Part shown: positions 41,961 to 54,830 of the stretch, one piece after another
Layout of the letters: each line of letters starts with the position of its first letter
Numbering within the stretch: the stretch's first letter is position 1
Source of the DNA: Octopus sinensis
Lineage: Eukaryota
NCBI RefSeq assembly: GCF_006345805.1
Contig: NC_043007.1
Coordinates: 24,676,001 to 24,740,000, forward strand
Length of the DNA stretch: 64,000 bases
Direction of reading: 5' to 3'
The notes under the pieces: model-generated
Databases searched by the model: none
Seen by the model: the letters and a program-made list of their open reading frames with translations, nothing else
What the model was told of the DNA's origin: nothing
Program-made: the position numbers and the translations under genes

Positions 41961-43427
41961 ATATATATATATATGTATTGGATGTGTGGTTAAGAAGTTC
42001 TTTTCCAAACCAAGTGGTTTCAGGTTCATCCCCACTGTATGGCACTTTGTGCAAGTGTCTTCTACTATGGCCTTGGGCTGAACAAAGCCTTATAAATGAA
42101 ATAAGTATAAGGAATAGCTGAGTGAGTAGTGCCTGAGTGACAGATGAGATGAGTGGGTGCTACGAAGATGAGTAGTGGTGGTGGGATACATCATCATCAT
42201 CATCATCATCGTTTAACGTCCGTTTTCCGCGCTAGCACGGGTTGGACGGTTCGACCGGGGTCTGGGGAGCCAGGGTCTGCTCCAGGCTCCAGTCTGATCT
42301 GGCAGTGTTTCTACAGCTGGATGCCCTTCCTAACGCCAACCACTCCACGAGTGTAGTGGTGCTTTTTACGTGCCACCTGCACAGGTGCCAGAGGGGTCTG
42401 GCATCGGCCACGATCGGTTGGTGCTTTTTATGTGCCACCGGCACAGAAGCCATTCGAGGCGGGGCTGGCATCGGCCACGATCGGTTGGTGCTTTTTATGT
42501 GCCACCGGCACAGAAGCCATTCGAGGCGGGGCTGGCATCGGCCACGTTCGGATGGTGCTTTTTATGTGCCACCAGCACAGAAGCCAGTCGAGGCGGCACT
42601 GGCAATGGCCACGTTCGGATGGTGCTACATTAGGGACAAATTAGGTGCAGTACACAGATATAACCAATATATTTTTAGGGCCTCATTCTTGCTTAGATGG
42701 ATGGTTCTTCTTGAGCACAGCAAATTGCAAATCACCTCAGTTCTTTGTCGACTTCATCATACATCATCCTAGGTCTCCCTCTTCCACAGGTTCCATTCAA
42801 GTTTAGTAATCAACACTTCGTTATGCAGCAGTCCTCATCCATACCCATCACACGACCATTCTGCAGCAATTTTCTCTCTCGCATGCTACAGCTGATGTTT
42901 GTTATGCCCAGTTTTTTTCTCAAAACACTTGTACTTTGTTGTACACATACTGATGCTGGCTGCACATCCAGAGAAGCATGCTAGCTCCATTTATCTATAG
43001 CTTCACATATCCTCTGCATTCAGGGCCATTTTGCTACCATGTAGCATTGCAGTTCATATCCAAGCTCTCCCTAACCACTAACTTGGTCACCTGAGTAATG
43101 GAAACTGCCTACTACTTCTGTGACATTTGGGAGAGTCTATTTTTGTACATTCCTGGTGTTTAATATATATATATGAAAAATATAATACAATATAATATAT
43201 ATATATATATGATAAAATATTAGGGAATAAATCCAAACTTACAGGGAAAAATCAGATTTAGGATTGAATCCAATTTTATAGTAAAATATTATATTATATT
43301 AAATTAGAGATAAAACCGCTATTAGGCAAATCATATATATTTAAAATAATATAAATTAATTAATCTTATGTATTGGCTTAAGTTTTTCATTGTATGATTT
43401 GCCTAATAGTGGTTTTATCTCTAATTT

Positions 43428-43463
<36 letters not shown>

Positions 43464-44850
43464 TGGATGTGTGGTTAAGAAGTTCTTTTCCAAACCAAGT
43501 GGTTTCAGGTTCATCCCCACTGTATGGCACTTTGTGCAAGTGTCTTCTACTATGGCCTTGGGCTGAACAAAGCCTTATAAATGAAATAAGTATAAGGAAT
43601 AGCTGAGTGAGTAGTGCCTGAGTGACAGATGAGATGAGTGGGTGCTACGAAGATGAGTAGTGGTGGTGGGATACATCATCATCATCATCATCATCGTTTA
43701 ACGTCCGTTTTCCGCGCTAGCACGGGTTGGACGGTTCGACCGGGGTCTGGGGAGCCAGGGGCTGCTCCAGGCTCCAGTCTGATCTGGCAGTGTTTCTACA
43801 GCTGGATGCCCTTCCTAACGCCAACCACTCCACGAGTGTAGTGGGTGCTTTTTACGTGCCACCTGCACAGGTGCCAGAGGGGTCTGGCATCGGCCACGAT
43901 CGGTTGGTGCTTTTTATGTGCCACCGGCACAGAAGCCATTCGAGGCGGGGCTGGCATCGGCCACGTTCGGATGGTGCTTTTTACGTGCCACCAGCACAGA
44001 AGCCAGTCGAGGCGGCACTGGCAATGGCCACGTTCGGATGGTGCTACATTAGGGACAAATTAGGTGCAGTACACAGATATAACCAATATATTTTTAGGGC
44101 CTCATTCTTGCTTAGATGGATGGTTCTTCTTGAGCACAGCAAATTGCAAATCACCTCAGTTCTTTGTCGACTTCATCATACATCATCCTAGGTCTCCCTC
44201 TTCCACAGGTTCCATTCAAGTTTAGTAATCAACACTTCGTTATGCAGCAGTCCTCATCCATAACCATCACACGACCATTCTGCAGCAATTTTCTCTCTCG
44301 CATGCTACAGCTGATGTTTGTTATGCCCAGTTTTTTTCTCAAAACACTTGTACTTTGTTGTACACATACTGATGCTGGCTGCACATCCAGAGAAGCATGC
44401 TAGCTCCATTTATCTATAGCTTCACATATCCTCTGCATTCAGGGCCATTTTGCTACCATGTAGCATTGCAGTTCATATCCAAGCTCTCCCTAACCACTAA
44501 CTTGGTCACCTGAGTAATGGAAACTGCCTACTACTTCTGTGACATTTGGGAGAGTCTATTTTTGTACATTCCTGGTGTTTAATATATATATATGAAAAAT
44601 ATAATACAATATAATATATATATATATATGATAAAATATTAGGGAATAAATCCAAACTTACAGGGAAAAATCAGATTTAGGATTGAATCCAATTTTATAG
44701 TAAAATATTATATTATATTAAATTAGAGATAAAACCGCTATTAGGCAAATCATATATATTTAAAATAATATAAATTAATTAATCTTATGTATTGGCTTAA
44801 GTTTTTCATTGTATGATTTGCCTAATAGTGGTTTTATCTCTAATTTAATA

Positions 44851-44860
<10 letters not shown>
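41961..44860 (+). repeat. Tandem duplication, two units of ~1485 and ~1419 bp
   Basis: gtattggatgtgtgg at 41975 and 43460; ctaatttaataat at 43421 and 44840; near-identical units. Confidence 0.95.
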
Positions 44861-44909
<49 letters not shown>

Positions 44910-46876
44910 ATATGCGTATATGCGTGTGTGTGTGTGTTAAATAAAACAAGACAGCAAAGCGAATGTTTCCCTCTATTTAACCATCTCACATCATCTCAGA
45001 TAAAGGCATATCCCTAATATCCCAGAAACAGCTGTAAGGCTAACTTTCACTTTATAAATATCCTGAAAATTCCACACAGCCTTGGCTTTCTTGTCTCATT
45101 TTATTTAACATATATACATACATATATATATATATATCATTAACATGATATGGAACATCACAAAGAAAGAAAGGAGGGATAGATATAGATAAGAAGACAA
45201 AGTTTTAACATATTCAATAAAGGGAGCATTAAAAATAAAGTAGAAATAAGTATATGGTGAAACAGACAGGTACACATACAGATAGATATGTAAATTAGTG
45301 TTAATCTATTTAATTACAAATAAATATATAGTGAGACAGACAGAAAGATAGATAGATAAATGGGAGAGTTAGTGGTAACATATTTACTGCAAGTAAAGAT
45401 CTGATCAGAAATAATTATGTGGTAAAGAAAAACCAACATTAGTCAATGGCGAATATTAGTTTGATTTTCCAGCAAGTATGGGAGACAACTAAGGACATGT
45501 TTAAACCATATTAAGACCTTGTCAGCAAAGTATAGAGACACTGCCAGATATGTCAAAATAAATGTACAAGACTATAAATTGGTTGGTGTAGATAAATAAA
45601 ACTGCTCAAAGAATAAATATTATCTCGGAGATAATAATCGCATGGATGAAAAAAAAAGATGAAAAAAAAAATAGAACAAAAATAAGTTAGTGTTAATATA
45701 TTTATTGCAGGGAACATTAAAAGGCTAACTAGAAATAATTTATACAGATACATCCTGACACATTCTTCCAAATAAGCCATTTTATATGCGTCCTTTAATA
45801 CATGGTAATGCTTCTCCTCATGAGGAGGTGAATCAGAATGTCTCACACGGCTATATTGATGGATATATTCATGATATTGCTTTCTCTATGAATATTTTGA
45901 CCTATGTAATTTATTGCTATATTTTGTGTTTTCACATATTTGCTTGTCTTTTATGCGGTTTTTATTTCTTTATGATTAATAATTGTGAGGTGAAGAATGT
46001 CATCTCAAGCAAGAAATTAACCATAAACTACCGTTCCTTGTTCCACAAGCATTATCTTCATTTTATTCATGTTAACATAGAGAACAGACAATGGATAATG
46101 ACAGCATGCAAATAGCTATAATGAGATTTTCTTGTGGATGTCGTTTAACCACAGGCCATCTCTGACTGAGCAGGCAAATTATAAAAGCTGTTCCAGCTGT
46201 GACCCTCCCAGCATTTCTTAGTGCATCTAAGACCATTTTACTGATTTGGCATTCATTTTACTCAAAGTGTACCCCAACTGATTTGTATTTTGTCCATGTA
46301 CTGTTTCCAGCATCTTGGATATTGGCAACATCATCATCATCATCATCTAACTTCTGCTTTCCATGCTAGCATGGGTTGGACGATTTTGACTGAGGGCTGG
46401 CGAACCAGATGGCTGCACCAGGCTCCAATCTTGATCTGGCAGAGTTTCTACAGCTGGATGCCCTTCCTAATGCCAACCACTCCAAGAGTATAGTGGGTGC
46501 TTTTTACGTGCCACCGGCCAGTCTGGCGGTACTGGCAACGACCTCGCCCGAATCTTTTTACACATGCCACCTGCACAGGTGCCAGTAAGGTGATGCTGGT
46601 AACGATCATGCTCGAATGGTGCCTTTTACGTGCCACTGGCACGATACCAATAAAGGAAATCAGTAGACTAGCAGAATCATCAGAGCATCATACAAAATAC
46701 CTTGTGGTATTCAGGTATAACTCTTCTCATTCTGATTTCAAAACCTGTTGTGATCAACTATGTCTTATATCCTTCCAAGTTCAATAAAATAAAATACAAT
46801 CAAATACTAGGGTTGATTTAATCAACTAACACCTTCCCCTTGAAGTTGTTGATCTCAAAATTACTATTATTTCCAT

Positions 46877-47057
46877 TTCACTTCTCAGAGCTCTTGTCCC
46901 GGTTAATTCGGTTAATTGCCCCGGTTCACTTCTCAGAGATCACCTGCCCCGGTTAATTTGGTTAATTGCTCCGGTTCACTTCTCAGAGATCACCTGCCCC
47001 GGTTAATTTGGTTAATTGCTCCGGTTCACTTCTCAGAGATCACCTGTCCCAGTTAAC
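46877..47057. repeat. 50-bp tandem repeat, about 3.6 copies
   Basis: ccggttcact at 46921, 46971 and 47021. Confidence 0.92.
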
Positions 47058-47059
47058 TC

Positions 47060-47345
47060 TGTAAGCGTAGGAAACAACTTGTTGTCAAGATTCTCATAGG
47101 ATCTCTTTCCATGATACATAACATCCAACTACCATTCTCAAAATCCTTGCTGTCCCAAATAAAGCAGTTCCCTGAGTATGTTCTACCCTCATGTCAATCC
47201 CAATTTTTCCAAGGAATTTTTCAAATCTGATTATTAATGTTCAGAGTGCCCCACAACTAACTACTGAGATAAAAATTACTTTCTTCATTGCTCACATTTG
47301 TGTAACTTGATCTTTTGGTGGCTTATACCTTATCATTACTAACTC
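47060..47345 (-). mobile_element. Degenerate R4/Dong-type retrotransposon 3' end
   Basis: Minus strand FEKFLGKIGIDMRVEHTQGTALFGTARILRMV, similar to the 35424 element. Confidence 0.7.
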
Positions 47346-47418
47346 CGTCTTAGCAAAAGTAGGGGTATTGTTTTCAGTAGTGCTTGTTTGTCTGTAGATG
47401 AGATAATACAGCTTTATA

Positions 47419-47752
47419 TTTAAGAGATGAGGAATTATGTACATTATTTACAATTGATGGATAATTGTGGTTAAGAGCACGGGCTACTAACCACAAGATT
47501 CTGAGTTTGATTCCAGGCAGTGACCTGGATAATAATAATAATGATAATAATAATAATAATAATAATTATAATAACAACAACAACAACAATAATAACAATA
47601 ATAACAACATCGAAAAATACCTTAGGAATGAGAATCCAGGTTCGAAATTTCCCCAAGACACCTGATGAAGGCTGGAGGGTATATCAGCCAAAATGTGTTA
47701 ACAACAAACAAGACGAGGACAAATATCTGTCAAATGTAAATAATGTAAATAA
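47419..47752 (+). mobile_element. Composite element: inverted terminal piece, tRNA-like head, (AAT)n, Penelope-like terminal region with a decayed hammerhead motif
   Basis: Head gtggttaagagcacgggctactaacc...gagtttgattcc; CTGATGA-A-GGCTG/CAGCC stem at 47662-47689; 47440-47463 is an inverted copy of 47724-47747. Confidence 0.55.
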
Positions 47753-49129
47753 CATGGACAAGATATCTCAAGAATTGCTGGATGGATTTGGATGAAACTT
47801 TCAGGGATGTTTGGTCTCGTGACTGGCACAAACTGATTAGATTTTAGGACTGATCCAGAACTGGGCAAGGATTCTCGATTATTTTTCCTGTTTCTTTTAC
47901 TTAATTTCTGAGAGCGGTCAGGTTCATTTTTAGTATTCTCGTTTGTGAGAGCAGTCGAGTTTATTTCAGATATTTTCATTTTAAAAATCATCTCCGGCTA
48001 ATCATTGAGAGGACATTGGTGGAGGTTTGCGCTCTCTGAGCACTCTTGTAATTATTATTATTATTATTATTAAGGTGGCGAGCTGGCAGAATCGTTAGTA
48101 CACCAGGCAAAATGTCTATTGGCATTTTGTCTGCCTGGATGTTCTGAGTTCAAATTCTGTTGAGGTTGACTTTGCCTTTCATCCTTTTAGGGTTAATAAA
48201 TTAAGTACCAGTGAAATACTGGGTTTGATGTAATCGACTATTCCCCTTCCTCCAAATTTTAGGCCATGTGTCAATAGTAGAAAGGATTATTTATATGCGC
48301 TCTTTAATACATGGTAATGCCTCTCCTTATTTCCAGAGATTATTACCTCCGCCTTCGCTAAGGCGGAGGTATTGTTTTTCAGTCATATTTGTTTGTAGAC
48401 AAGATATCTCAAGAACTGCTGGATGGATTTGGATGAAACTTTCAGGGATGTTTAGCCATATGATTGGCACAAACTGATTAGATTTTGGGATCGATCAAGA
48501 ACCAGACAAAAATTCTGGATTATTTTTCCTGTTTTTTATCTTAATTTTTGAGTGGTTGGGATCATTTTTAGTATTTTCATTTGTGAGAGCAGTCAAGTTT
48601 AATTCAGATATTTGCATTTCCACAATCTCTTCATTTCTCTGGTTTAGCTCCTGATATTACTCCATTTCCTTCGTATCCACTCTATTATCATCAAGTATTA
48701 CACTGTCTTTTTCTGAACGTGGCCGATGCCAGCGCTGCCTTGTCTGGCTTCCGTGCTGGTGGCACGTAAAAAGCACCAACCGATCATGGCTGCTGCCAGA
48801 CTCCCCTGGCACCTGTGCCGGTGGCATGTAAAAAGCACCCACTACACTCACGGAGTGGTTGGCATTACGAAGGGTATCCAGCTGTAGAAACACTGCCAGA
48901 TCATACTGGAGCCTGATGCAGCCTCCTGGCTTCCCAGACCCCGGTCGAACCGTCCAACCCATGCTAGCACGGAAAACGGACGTTAAACAATGATGATGAT
49001 GAATCATATTTGGTCTTCATGCTTCAATAGTATTGGCCAGTCTTTACGAAGAAATCTCACGTAATCCTGTAATTCTCATTCTCTATCACAGCCCCAGGCA
49101 TGTGTTCTTACCACTTTTCTGCTACTTTG

Positions 49130-50195
49130 AATTTATGCAGCTGGTTAACATCCCAATGTACACTTTTACTGACACTGTCAAATCTGCACTTATACTCTTA
49201 TGTGGGAAAAAAATATGTACATGGGCAGTAGTCAATCTCACAGTGAGAATGCTTTTAATATATGTGACATTAAAATAATCTTTTGCACTTCTTGCAGAGA
49301 TGGTAAGTCGGGTATCATTCTCAGTAACTTTCAGTTCCTTTTTCAATCATTTCTAGTGCCACCTTTCTACCCTTTGTTGGCATCCTTTTTGTCTCGGGAG
49401 ACAATGGAGTTGCGCATAAAATAGTCCAGTCCGGCTTTTACATTTCATGTCCGGATACATTTCCTGCTGTGGCTGTGTAGTCCTATCCTGGACGAACACT
49501 CCCTCTGGCAGGTACCGCAAATGTAGCGAAGACTGTTCCTGGCTGGTTGTAATGTCATAGTTTCTTGTTGACATCTTTTCTTGTCTTTCCATTTCTCCTC
49601 TCTCTCTGTCACTCCTTTATATTCCCTCTTTTACGGTATGTCGCCAATCTCAAAGGTTGCTGGCAACTGCTTCCCAATTGCTAATATTGATGTTGCAGGC
49701 CTTCATGTCCCTTTTGCAAACATCCTTGTAACGTATGAACGGTCTTCTGGGCAGTAATCAATCTCACAGCGAGAATGCTTTTAATATATGTGACATTAAA
49801 ATAATCTTTTGCACTTCTTGCAGAGATGGTAAGTCAGGGATCATTCTCAGTAACTTTCAGTATCTTTTTCAATCATTTCTAGTGCCACCTTTCTTCCCTT
49901 TAGTGCTCCTACAATCACTGGTATTGTAACCACCTTGAGATGCCACATTTTTTCAATGTCAACGTGCAAATCTTTATATTTTCTGAGCTTGTCAATTTCT
50001 TTTGCTGAGATATGATCAAAAGGGATACTCAAGTCAATGAATAAACAGGTTTTATAGTGGTCTTTTACAACAATATCTGATTTATTAGTTTTGATGGTTC
50101 TCTCTATATGTACAGGAAAGTCCCAAAAATTTATTATATTTTCTCCTTTAGTTACAGCCTCAGGGTTAGGGTTAGGGCTTATACCACTTGTCAAC
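49130..50195 (-). mobile_element. R4/Dong-type retrotransposon fragment interrupted by an RTE insertion
   Basis: WDFPVHIERTIKTNKSDIVVKD...CLFIDLSIP...KEIDKLRKYKDL..DIEKMWHLKVVTIPVIVGAL (RLE domain). Confidence 0.8.
49376..49747 (-). mobile_element. 5'-truncated RTE-type LINE flanked by 154-bp direct repeats
   Basis: RPFIRYKDVCKRDMKACNINISNWEAVA..WR C-terminal motif; repeats at 49222-49375 and 49748-49901. Confidence 0.8.
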
Positions 50196-50300
50196 AGTTT
50201 TTATTTTATAAACCTGACATATTAACCAGTATAGATATTGGGGAACTCTGTAATATCTTGATTTACACACAACTGGTGCTAAAACCTTACTTTCAGAGAT

Positions 50301-50665
50301 TATAACCTCTGCCTTAGCGAAGGTGGAGGTATTGTTTTTCAGTCATGTTTGTTTGTTTGTAGACAAGATATCTCAAGAACCGCTGGATGGATTCGGATGA
50401 AACTTCCAGGGATATTTGGCCCTGTTATTGGCATGAACTGATTGGATTTTGGGATTGATCTGGAACCGGACAAGAATTCTGGATTATTTTTCCTGTTTTT
50501 TTACTTAATTTTTGAGAATGGTGAGAATCGTTTTCAGTATTTTCATTTGTGAGAGCAGTCAAGTTTATTTCAGATGTACTCATTCTAAAAATAATCTCTG
50601 ACTAATCATTGAAAGGACATTGGTGTTGCCTTGGCAGAGGTTTGTGCTCCATGAGTTCTCTTGTT
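50301..50665 (+). mobile_element. Helentron-associated (DINE/HINE-like) non-autonomous element; partial copies at 47755-48050 and 48340-48620
   Basis: 5' palindrome acctc(c/t)gcc...gg(c/t)ggaggt, (GTTT)n, 3' ggcagaggttt plus short stem-loop; three copies. Confidence 0.6.
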
Positions 50666-51672
50666 ATTATTATTATCATTATTGAGTGAGAGAGCAGTGC
50701 ATGCCATCAAAGTTACCCTGGGATACAAATATATGAAGCCCTTTATACCCATCATGACTAGCTGTCGGACAAGGCTACATCAGGCACATGCATCACAACA
50801 TATGTGCGCTGCATGGTAATCTCATATCAAAATAAACAGAGTATGACCTTGCACGTGGAGCTCAGTTAGAATTTTCTTTAGGCCAAGTAGCCCATCCTAT
50901 TCAAAAGGTCCCTGAATAAGGGTTGTTTAAGGATGATGAACAAAACACCCATGTTTCCAGAGGTGAATTATTCAAACCCCAAAGAATCCCTCTCAACACA
51001 TGGCTATGATGCTCTCCAACTACTACTGCTCATGATCAGAGATGCACATATTGTCAGCCACTAAGGTACATGCTCAACTGGTTAAGGTCAAGCAACTGAC
51101 AAGCAAATCTGTGGTATTCAGCAGAATATTTGCGGTAGCCCATTTTTAATACCAAGACAAAACTTATTATTTTCATTTTGCTTCTTTTACACATACAAGT
51201 ATATGCATGTATACATATATAAAGTATGTGCATGTGTGTGTGAGTGAGTGAGTGAGTGAGTGTGTGTATGCATGTGTGTGTGAATGCTTGTGTCTTTTTG
51301 ATTCAACATTGCATGATCGTTGTAAATAAATGTCATTCATTTCCAATATTCAGTAGAAACAAGTGTGGCCATGGAGAAATATCACCTTGCTTGGGAACAA
51401 GTAGGAGTTGGTAACAGGAAGGATATAAGGCTGCAATAAACTCCATGCAACCTGTCTCAATAAACTCTATCCAATCCATGCAAGCATGGAAAAATGGACA
51501 TTAAAGTGACAATGGCGATGATATTGATGACGACTACGATGATGATAATGATGATGGTGTTGATGATGATGACAATGACGATGATGGTGCTGACGACAAT
51601 GATGATGATGATGGTGTTGAGGATGATGATAAAGTCAAGGGTAAAAAAAACAAAACAGAGATAGCAAATCAC

Positions 51673-51810
51673 CTGAAGTTGCTGCACTGAAATCCTTAAA
51701 TCAGATTCATTAAATCCATAAGGGATATTCCAGCCTATCGGACCAAACTTTCGTCGCTCTTGAACAAGGGCATGGAAGAAACACAAACCAAAAAGCAGTT
51801 TCTCAAATTG
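51673..51810 (-). CDS. DNAH12: Axonemal dynein heavy chain (DNAH12-like), internal exon C, AAA lid region
   Basis: 138 nt: [46 protein letters not shown]; acceptor ttctttcag, donor GTGATT; [21 protein letters not shown] motif. Confidence 0.96.
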
Positions 51811-52599
51811 CTGAAAGAAAAATAAATAAATAAATAAATAAATAAATAAAGGCAGAAATAAATTTGAGTAGAAACAAAAAGTATTGAACATTAAATCACT
51901 TCATTTTACTTTCACCCGATCATGACTGATAAAAATTAGCATTGGAAGTAGAACTGATTAACTATATTCAACAGGGGTAAAGACCCCCATCAGTCATGAA
52001 TGACCATGGGATTGCACCTAGAAAGTTCCCCTCCGAGGCACAAATCCGGGCAAAGTTGTTTATGGAAGATGAGCAGCCACCCATGCATACCAGCCTCCCC
52101 CTCTCCGTGCCATCAATGTTATCCAAGGGAAAGGCGAAGGCTGATACAGCTTGGCACCAGTGATGTTGCAACTCATTTCTACAGATGAGTGAACTGGGAA
52201 GGGACATGGCTCAGTGGTTAGAGTGTCGGGCTCACAAACATGAGGTAGTGAGTTTGATTCCCGGATCGGGCTGTGGGTTGTGTTCTTGAGCAAGACACTT
52301 TATTTCACATTGCTCTGGCTGTCAGGTGGCATGGGGAGACAAACACAGACACATATATATATATAATTCAAAAGGGCCGGCCTTGGCACATTCTGTGTCT
52401 CGTTGAATTTCCCTGAGAACATTATGAGTATGCATGTCTGTGGAGTACTCAGCTACTTGCATGCTAATTTTATGAGCAGGCTGTTCTGTTGGTCAGATCA
52501 GCTTGAACACTCATTGTCATAACCGATGAAATGTCATGTATATAAAGGAGCTTCCATGCAGATTTTCTTTGTTAAATTCACTCAGAAGGTATTGGTCAG

Positions 52600-53060
52600 C
52601 GAGTCATGGCTAATGAGGGTGGAAGATATTAAGCGACTAGAATCCTTCGATTACCTCTGTCTACGCCGCATCCTTTGTGTCCGATGGCATCACTTTGTCT
52701 CCAGCAATTCGGTGTGACACCAGTGCAAAAACACCTCCCTCTGACAAGTCATCCTAACGAGATGTCTGCGTTGGCTGGGTCATGCCCTCTGTTGTCAACC
52801 AGAAAAATTCATCTACGAAGCAATTGCCCCAGCTCCCCTTCAGGGTTGGCGAAAGTGATGTGGTGGACAACGAAAAACCTGGCTGATGACACAACCTAGG
52901 CCCCCATATCTACGGCGTTCGCTGCTGGAATAATGAGTGGTTGGAGATCACGCGGTCGTTAGCCTCAAATCGCCAGGCCTGGTCGGCGTTTGTGAGAGAT
53001 ACAGCATTGAGGATGAATGAAGCCAGCTCAACCCACCCCGGGCGAATGCTGTCAAGTTAA
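52600..53060 (+). mobile_element. 5'-truncated RTE-type LINE inserted in a family A SINE
   Basis: ESWLMRVEDIKRLESFDYLCLRRILCVRW...RCLRWLGH; tcaagt-type tail; gtcagc at both junctions. Confidence 0.75.
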
Positions 53061-53651
53061 GTCAGCCAAAGGCTATAGAAAGAAGACATTTACCCAAAGT
53101 GCCATGCAGTGGGACTGAACCCAAGACCATGTGATTGCAAAGCAAGCTTCTTAACTACACAGCCATGCTTGACTCTATGAGCATCGTTCAGGCCACACTC
53201 AGCTTTTATGCAAAAAAGCATTCATTTAAACACAGTGCTTTTGTTTCACCAGAGTTGAAATAATATTTACAAAGATTACGAAACACAATGTGTATGTTCC
53301 CTCCATTTTGTCGTAAGTTCTTGTATTTTTAATGGAGATTGATTAAAAGCGCCATTTAATGTCTGAAACTCATGAAATACGCTGAAATGACAATGATAAA
53401 GATTTCCTCATGCGTGAACATTTTTCGATTTGCTAGCCAACCTCGAGTCACGTCAATAAATATTATTCCAATAATATTGCAATGTTTATCAAAGAACTCA
53501 GCTTGATTCCACCATTCCAGGAAAACTAATTCTTTTAAGTCTTCGAATTATGAATAATATCACAGGAATATTATACATCTGTTGGACTCCTATAATGTCT
53601 AGTTCCGTCTCTCTGTCTATATATATAATATATATACATACACACATATAC

Positions 53652-53682
<31 letters not shown>

Positions 53683-54111
53683 CATACACACACATATATG
53701 CATACATATATACACACATATACATGCATACACATACATATCAACATGTATCTCTGTGCATAAGTGTGTACAAAACAGACAAACACTCACACACACACAT
53801 GCATACACACATACACACACACACACACACACGCATACACACACAAACATCTATACTGTCAGCAGACAATGAGATATTATGCTGATATAAGTGCTCTGCC
53901 CTCACTTTCAAATCAATATCTGTGACTAAAAGAAAAGAAAATAATTAAATAAATATATAAATAAAAGCAACAACCACGCACTCAGTCTATATATTGTCAT
54001 TCTCATCATTTCTTCAATGATTCATTGAAATATGTGATCCACTTTGACAGATCCTCTCAGAAGAGTTGAGTTCATTACATCACTGTCAGACTGGTCAAGA
54101 CTACAATACAG

Positions 54112-54830
54112 CCATCTCCACCACAATATGCCTTAATTCCAACACAAGAGATTTCACTTCCACCACAAGATACTTCACTTCCACCACAAGTTGCCTCACC
54201 TTCACCATAAGATATCTCGCCTACACCACAAGATGCCTTGTTCCACCACAAGATACTTCACCTCAATCGCAAGATGCCACATTCCACCACAAGATACCTT
54301 ACCTCCTCTACAAAATGCCTCACCTCCACCATGTCTTAACTTCACCACATGATACCTCACATCCACCACAAGATATCCACCTCCTTGATAAGATACTTCA
54401 CCTCCATCACAAGATATTTCACTTCCACTACAAGACACATCACCTTCACTGTAAGATACCTCACCACAATCACAAGATACTTTGCCTCCATTATAAAATA
54501 CTTTGCCTCCACCTGAAGTGACCTTACTTCCCCCATAAGATACTTCAACACTTGTGCAAGATATCCACCTTTCCCATAAGATACTTCACTTTCACCACAA
54601 GAAACCTCACTTCTACAAAGTACCTTGCCTTCACTTTAAGAGACCTCACCTCCAGCACAAGATAGCTCATTCCACCACAAGACACCTCATCTCCACCAGA
54701 AGACACCTCACATCCACTACAAGGTACCTCATCTCTACATGATGCTTCACCATCACCACCACCACCACAAAATACCCACCTTCACTACATGATAGCCTCT
54801 TTCATCACGTGATATCACAACCCTACCACA
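54112..54830. repeat. Degenerate 21-bp minisatellite (ccaccacaagatacctcacct), about 30 units
   Basis: caagatac/ccacca cores recur at ~21-bp spacing. Confidence 0.88.

Noticed and set aside
42242-42772. Recurrent ORFs such as WLDALPNANH, PRCHAVGLNPEPCGW and RPRKDERQSRP
   Set aside because: Chance frames in multicopy SINEs
46877-47057. CRISPR-like appearance of regular repeats (also 54112-54830)
   Set aside because: No unique spacers, no cas genes, eukaryotic intron
50162-50178. Telomere-like GGGTTAGGGTTAGGG
   Set aside because: Only two units, inside a retrotransposon coding relic
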